NCBI GenBank assembly: GCA_046861385.1
Contig: JBHHTW010000001.1
Location: 1-64,000 of the forward strand
DNA length: 64,000 nt
Direction: 5' to 3'
From: Fidelibacterota bacterium
GTDB lineage: Bacteria > Fidelibacterota > Marinisomatia > Marinisomatales > TCS55
Shown here: piece by piece, positions 61,483 to 64,000 of the stretch
How the letters are laid out: each line of letters starts with the position of its first letter
How positions within the stretch are numbered: position 1 is the stretch's first letter
The notes under the pieces: generated by a model
Databases searched by the model: none
Told to the model about the DNA's origin: nothing
The model's input: the letters and a program-made list of their open reading frames with translations, nothing else
Made by a program: the position numbers and the translations under genes

Positions 61483-61707
61483 ATGGAGAATTTCATGGAA
61501 TACACAATGATAAAAGCAGCATTTGGTTACTGGGAATTATTACTCATTCTTTTAGTCGTGTTGCTGCTCTTCGGTGCAAAAAAACTTCCGGAATTGGCTC
61601 GTTCTTTGGGAAAAGCGTCCAAGGAATTCAAAGCAGGAGCGGATGAAGTGAAAAAGGAAATCGAAGATGCCGCTTCAACTTTTGAAGACGACACTTCCAC
61701 CAAATAA
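61483..61707 (+). CDS. tatA: Twin-arginine translocase TatA/E
   Basis: ELLLILLVVLLLFGAKKLPELARSLG; start uncertain. Confidence 0.93.
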   Translation: MENFMEYTMIKAAFGYWELLLILLVVLLLFGAKKLPELARSLGKASKEFKAGADEVKKEIEDAASTFEDDTSTK

Positions 61708-61814
61708 TAGTCAGCATCCTGTCAACAGACGGGCAACCGTCCGTCTGGAATTTTAGAAACAAAATTTTTCTCATAGCGTATAGACTGAAAAACCAGTACG
61801 CTTTATAGGAGAAT

Positions 61815-62786
61815 ATGATTTTTTTTGAACATCCGTGGGTTCTTTTAGGACTACTCACGCTGCCGGCATTTTTCTGGTGGAAAAAGGGGAGCGGGCATCA
61901 ATACGAGGGTACGTTGCGTATCTCATCCATTTCCTTAATTCCAGAAGCATTTCGAAAACGGGGAGATGTGAGAATTCAACTGATTAATATACTTAAGGTA
62001 ATTACCGTATCGTTAATTATTATTGCACTTGCACGTCCTCGAACAGTAGAAAGTATTTTGGAAAAAAAGGTTGAAGTAGTCGATATAGTTTTGGTTTTGG
62101 ATATTTCAAGTTCAATGCTGGCGGAGGATTTTAATCCCAATCGTTTGGAAGCGGTTAAACGAACCGCAAAATCATTTATTGAAAGCAGGACCAGTGATCG
62201 TATTGGGCTATTGGTTTTTGCAGGAGAATCATTTATTCAATGTCCTTTGACCGTGGATAAAAATGTTTTGTCAAATCTCCTAAAAGAAGTGCGGATTGCG
62301 GATCGTGATGTGGATGGTACTGCGATCGGTATGGCCATCGCTAATGCAACAAACAGACTTCGCTTCAGTGAAGCAGAAAGTAAAGTAATGATTCTTCTTT
62401 CTGATGGGAGCAATAACGCAGGTGAACTGGATCCTTTAACTGCTGCTGATTTAGCGAGCCAGTTTGATATTAAGATTTATACCATCGGCGCAGGAACGAA
62501 CCAATCCGTATCTTTTATACCGAACCGTGGATATATTCGTAATGAAATTGATGAAAAAACATTGAGGGAAATTGCAGATCGAACCGGAGGGCGATATTTT
62601 CGAGCGACTGATGAAAATATGTTAACTGATATTTACAATGAAATCGGCGAACTTGAAAAAACAGAAATTAAAGTCAAAGAATATACTCAATACCGCGAAT
62701 TGTTTGGATGGTTCCTCATCCCTGCTATGCTACTCGGATTGGGTTACGAAACGCTAGACAGGTCTATTTTCCGGAGGCGTACGTGA
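61815..62786 (+). CDS. batA: BatA-type VWA domain protein
   Basis: ALARP, DISSSM (MIDAS), GTAIG, LLSDG, IYTIG, TGGRYFRA. Confidence 0.9.
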   Translation: MIFFEHPWVLLGLLTLPAFFWWKKGSGHQYEGTLRISSISLIPEAFRKRGDVRIQLINILKVITVSLIIIALARPRTVESILEKKVEVVDIVLVLDISSSMLAEDFNPNRLEAVKRTAKSFIESRTSDRIGLLVFAGESFIQCPLTVDKNVLSNLLKEVRIADRDVDGTAIGMAIANATNRLRFSEAESKVMILLSDGSNNAGELDPLTAADLASQFDIKIYTIGAGTNQSVSFIPNRGYIRNEIDEKTLREIADRTGGRYFRATDENMLTDIYNEIGELEKTEIKVKEYTQYRELFGWFLIPAMLLGLGYETLDRSIFRRRT

Positions 62787-63808
62787 TCCATTTCCGTTTT
62801 CCGTCGATTCTATTCTTATATATTCCTCTGATTATTTTATGGCTGATATGGATGGCGGGAAGTCGAAAGCAAAAAAGAATGTTTGAACAAGCAGATAAAA
62901 CGTTGGAGAAGAATCTATTCCAAAGGGTTGATTTCAGACGAATTCGTTGGCAAAAACGCCTGGGTATTTTGAGCCTGATATTTTTAGTATTTTCCACTTC
63001 CGGACCTCAAATTGGCACAAGATTGGCACCGGTTGAACGAAAAGGGGTTGATTTGGTATTTGCAATTGACGTTTCCCAAAGTATGAATGCTGAGGATGTA
63101 AAACCCAGCCGATTGGAAAAAGCCAAGTTTGAGATTAGTCAGATGATACGGCGATTAAAAGGTGATCGTGTCGCCATAGTGGTGTTTGCAGGAACAAGCC
63201 ATCTTTATTTACCCTTAACGACTGACTATGAAGCTGCTCAGCTTTTTCTTGAAGGTATAGATATAGGTTTAATTCAAACCCAGGGAACGGATTTAAGCAC
63301 CGCTATCCAAACAGGGTTATCAACGTTTACTGAAGATAGCGAGCATTATAAGGTATTTGTACTCGTTACTGACGGTGAAGATCACGAAGGAGCAGCCATT
63401 GGATTGGCAAAAAATGCCAAGGACCAAGGGATGATAATACATACGGTAGGTGTCGGTACTGTCACTGGGTCATTAATACCGATAGAACAAAAAGACGGGA
63501 CCAGGGAATATAAGCGAGATAAACAGGGTAAGTTGGTGACATCAATTCTTAACGAATCATTGTTGAGAGACATTGCAGATGCTTCCAGTGGTGTATTTGT
63601 CCGATTTGATAATGGAATTGCCAATCATAAGAAAATTTTAAATGCCATCGATTCCATGGAAAAGCGTACCATTCATTCCCATGTTTACTCTGAATTTGAA
63701 GATCGCTACCAATCATTTGCGTTCATTTCATTATTGCTGTTGAGTATCAGCATGGTCTTACCTACTCGAAAAAAGGAAAAGAGAACCTGGAGGGGACGAA
63801 TTGTATAA
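62783..63808 (+). CDS. batB: BatB-type VWA domain protein
   Basis: DVSQSM, PSRLEKAK, PLTTDY, TDGEDHEG; probable GTG start 62783 after GGAGG. Confidence 0.88.
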   Translation: MIHFRFPSILFLYIPLIILWLIWMAGSRKQKRMFEQADKTLEKNLFQRVDFRRIRWQKRLGILSLIFLVFSTSGPQIGTRLAPVERKGVDLVFAIDVSQSMNAEDVKPSRLEKAKFEISQMIRRLKGDRVAIVVFAGTSHLYLPLTTDYEAAQLFLEGIDIGLIQTQGTDLSTAIQTGLSTFTEDSEHYKVFVLVTDGEDHEGAAIGLAKNAKDQGMIIHTVGVGTVTGSLIPIEQKDGTREYKRDKQGKLVTSILNESLLRDIADASSGVFVRFDNGIANHKKILNAIDSMEKRTIHSHVYSEFEDRYQSFAFISLLLLSISMVLPTRKKEKRTWRGRIV

Positions 63809-64000
63809 ATTCATGTTATTTACTCTGTCTGGTATTCTCCTCGCCCAGGATGATGGATTAAAATCTTATCAAAATGGAGATTTTGATAACGCACGAAATT
63901 ATTATGAATCCATTTTAAAAGCGAAAGAGGAGAATTATTCAGCCCAATTCGGATTGGGGACAACCGCCTTTCAGCAAGAGGATTTTCAGAGTGCGATGAA
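63801..64000 (+). CDS. batC: BatC-like TPR protein, 5' part only
   Basis: TTG after GGAGGGG; signal peptide then GLKSYQNGDFDNARNYY...AQFGLGTTAFQQ; runs off the window. Confidence 0.7.
   Translation, partial: MYKFMLFTLSGILLAQDDGLKSYQNGDFDNARNYYESILKAKEENYSAQFGLGTTAFQQEDFQSAM

Overview
AT-rich bacterial chromosomal segment. Gene content (T9SS-type C-terminal sorting domain, PorV-like protein, batABC, long-form IspG, DUF4321) suggests the FCB superphylum, possibly Candidatus Marinimicrobia; this is inference. Nearly all genes are on the + strand. Housekeeping blocks: ispG, comM, groESL with CIRCE, folBK-dNK, rsmE-hit, smc-ffh-rpsP-khpA-rimM-trmD-rplS, selA-selB-mutS, yicC-gmk-rpoZ-udg-dnaB-relA/spoT-ruvX-lnt, ecfT-truA-degP-psd-pssA-tatA-batABC. 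Small accessory patches lie at about 9.5-14.7 kb, 25.4-27.7 kb and 44.3-48.7 kb and hold repeat proteins, a VapBC pair, a microsatellite-frameshifted peptidase and gene remnants. I found no tRNA, rRNA, CRISPR array, integrase or transposase, and I cannot demonstrate a complete new multi-gene system. Best leads: (1) a dispersed family of oriented GGTRRNT heptamer arrays, two of which bracket a small-ORF plus BI-1 unit; (2) a dUTPase resembling apicomplexan enzymes; (3) short palindromic elements, one inserted in frame in a T9SS domain; (4) a MITE-like element that supplies a stop codon and sits upstream of selAB; (5) a secreted TPR protein with a polycationic tail; (6) a candidate metal-handling lipoprotein pair with a probable ATT start codon. 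All family calls come from motif recognition, not database searches.
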